Source of the DNA: a virus
Taxonomy: Duplodnaviria; Heunggongvirae; Uroviricota; Caudoviricetes
Direction: 5' to 3' (one strand)
Length of the DNA stretch: 36,618 bases
IMG/VR virus record: IMGVR_UViG_2602041909_000007
In this document: positions 35,227-36,618 of the stretch, in pieces
Numbering within the stretch: the first letter of the stretch is position 1
Layout of the letters: each line of letters starts with the position of its first letter
Notes under the pieces: model-generated
The model's input: the letters and a program-made list of their open reading frames with translations, nothing else
Told to the model about the DNA's origin: nothing
Databases searched by the model: none
Translations under genes and position numbers: made by a program

Positions 35227-35556
35227 TCAATAGACTACGCAAAAAAGTTACGTCAGATACGTAAGGCGGAAGGGTTAACACAAAAGCAGTTTGCGGATAT
35301 TACTGGGTTGTCTTTGGCAACCATAAGGAATTACGAATCGGGGCAAAAGAACGCTAGAGCAAAAATCGTTGAGGCGGTTCTGCAAGTCGATCGCTTTGAA
35401 AAATACATGCTGTGGCTAATAAAAGATAAGACGCTACCTGTCGCCGGGCAGATTGCTCCGGCTCTCTCTCTTGATGGATCTATTCAGTCGGAGGGCGATC
35501 AGGTTTCAATCGGTATTACCCAAAAATCACCCCGATCAGGCCGCAATGTTGGCTGA
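35215..35556 (+). CDS. C: Immunity repressor, P2 C-type HTH (XRE-like) (113 aa)
   Basis: HTH LTQKQFADITGLSLATIRNYESGQ; C-terminal KYMLWLIKDKTLPVAGQIAPALS resembles P2 C (KYTLWFMTNQIAPESGQIAPALA) as recalled; start set at ATG 35215. Confidence 0.75.
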   Translation: MVILSIDYAKKLRQIRKAEGLTQKQFADITGLSLATIRNYESGQKNARAKIVEAVLQVDRFEKYMLWLIKDKTLPVAGQIAPALSLDGSIQSEGDQVSIGITQKSPRSGRNVG

Positions 35557-35625
35557 CTCTACACATTGAGCGAATTACATATCGCAAGGAGTGTTTAGTT
35601 AATTTATCCGTTGGAGGGGCTAATC

Positions 35626-36618
35626 ATGTCGATTAAGCAACTCAAAGACGGACGTTATCAGGTCGATGTCAGACCGCAGGGGGCGGAAGGAAAGCGGATT
35701 CGAAAAATCTTTGCCCTGAAATCAAAGGCTCAGGAGTTTGAGAAGTATGTGTTACAGAACTTTCATGACAAGCCATGGCAGGCTAAGCCAGCTGATCAGC
35801 GGCGATTATCAGAGCTGCTTGATGCGTGGTGGATGCTTGATGGGCGTAATCAGGCTTACGGGGATAGCTACAGGGTTAGGCTAGGGAAGGTTGTTCGTGA
35901 AATGGGAGATCCTCGCGCCAGTCAGATGACGCGAAAATTTATGCTTGAATATCGGTCAGAGAAATTACAGGCCGGATTAATGCCGTCCAGTATTAATCGT
36001 GACTTATGCGTACTGTCTACCATGTTCACGGTGCTGATTGAAGCTGAGGTCTTTCACAACGCGAACCCTGTACGCGGTATACGAAAACTGAAAGTTCAGA
36101 ACACAGAGATGGCCTTTCTTTCTGATGATGAGATTGAACGGCTTCTTGAGCGACTGGAGGGTGATGCGCGTCGTGTTGCCATTCTGTGTCTTTCTACTGG
36201 TGCCCGATGGAGTGAAGCATCGGAACTACGTGGAGAGCATATCGTTGGCAACCGGGTGACGTTCTTTAACACCAAAAACGGAAAATCCCGTTCGGTTCCT
36301 GTGGCGGATTCGGTCGTGCCTCTGATTAAAACCCGTCGAACGGGGTTATTGTATCAGGTTGATTATCTGAAGTTCCGGGAGATTCTTCAGGAGGTGAAAC
36401 CGGATTTGCCGAAGGGGCAGGCTACGCATGTCATGCGTCATACATTTGCCACACACTTTATGATGAATGGCGGAAATATTGTTACGTTGCAACGAATCCT
36501 GGGGCACGCAACGATTCAGCAAACAATGACGTACGCTCATTTTTCGCCGGACTTTTTACTGGACGCGATCAACTTTAATCCGCTGGCTGAAAGTGTCCAT
36601 AAACTGTCCATCGATTAG
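35626..36618 (+). CDS. int: Tyrosine integrase, P2 Int family (330 aa)
   Basis: MSIKQLKDGRYQVDVRP… and catalytic region ATHVMRHTFATHFMMNGGNIVTLQRILGHATIQQTMTYAHF closely resemble P2 Int (MAIKKLDDGRYEVDIRP…LRHSFATHFMINGGSIITLQRILGHTRIEQTMVYAHF); ATG 35626 preceded by GGAGGGG SD. Confidence 0.9.
   Translation: MSIKQLKDGRYQVDVRPQGAEGKRIRKIFALKSKAQEFEKYVLQNFHDKPWQAKPADQRRLSELLDAWWMLDGRNQAYGDSYRVRLGKVVREMGDPRASQMTRKFMLEYRSEKLQAGLMPSSINRDLCVLSTMFTVLIEAEVFHNANPVRGIRKLKVQNTEMAFLSDDEIERLLERLEGDARRVAILCLSTGARWSEASELRGEHIVGNRVTFFNTKNGKSRSVPVADSVVPLIKTRRTGLLYQVDYLKFREILQEVKPDLPKGQATHVMRHTFATHFMMNGGNIVTLQRILGHATIQQTMTYAHFSPDFLLDAINFNPLAESVHKLSID

Overview
Window = the chromosomal seryl-tRNA synthetase gene (serS, 1..1293, enterobacterial, Escherichia-like) followed by a nearly complete ~34 kb P2-like temperate myovirus prophage that runs to the window end (tyrosine integrase stop codon at 36618). 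Between serS and the prophage structural genes lie three stem-loop terminators, a hok/mok-like type I toxin locus (47-aa Hok-like peptide with the SLCEIR motif) and ~600 bp of non-coding DNA with direct repeats (possible att/arm sites). The prophage has a P2-type head module (terminase P, portal Q on +; scaffold O, capsid N, small terminase M, head completion L on -) but a rearranged tail module (sheath, tube, holin, M15 endolysin, chaperone with -1 frameshift, tape measure, gpW/J/I, fiber H, Tfa G, a second fiber-like set, spike/hub), an Ogr-like zinc-finger activator downstream of the portal, a gpA-like HUH replication endonuclease, a P2 C-type repressor with palindromic operators and a Cox-like protein. 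Cargo of interest: an R1-type ParM/ParR actin-like partition module with candidate centromere repeats, an Rrf2-family regulator, an AT-rich convergent gene pair in the early region, a 37-aa membrane peptide, and a non-coding gap with regularly spaced GGTTGCAA palindromes. All calls are from reading the sequence and recalled protein families; no database search was run. Coordinates of short motifs may be off by 1-2 nt.
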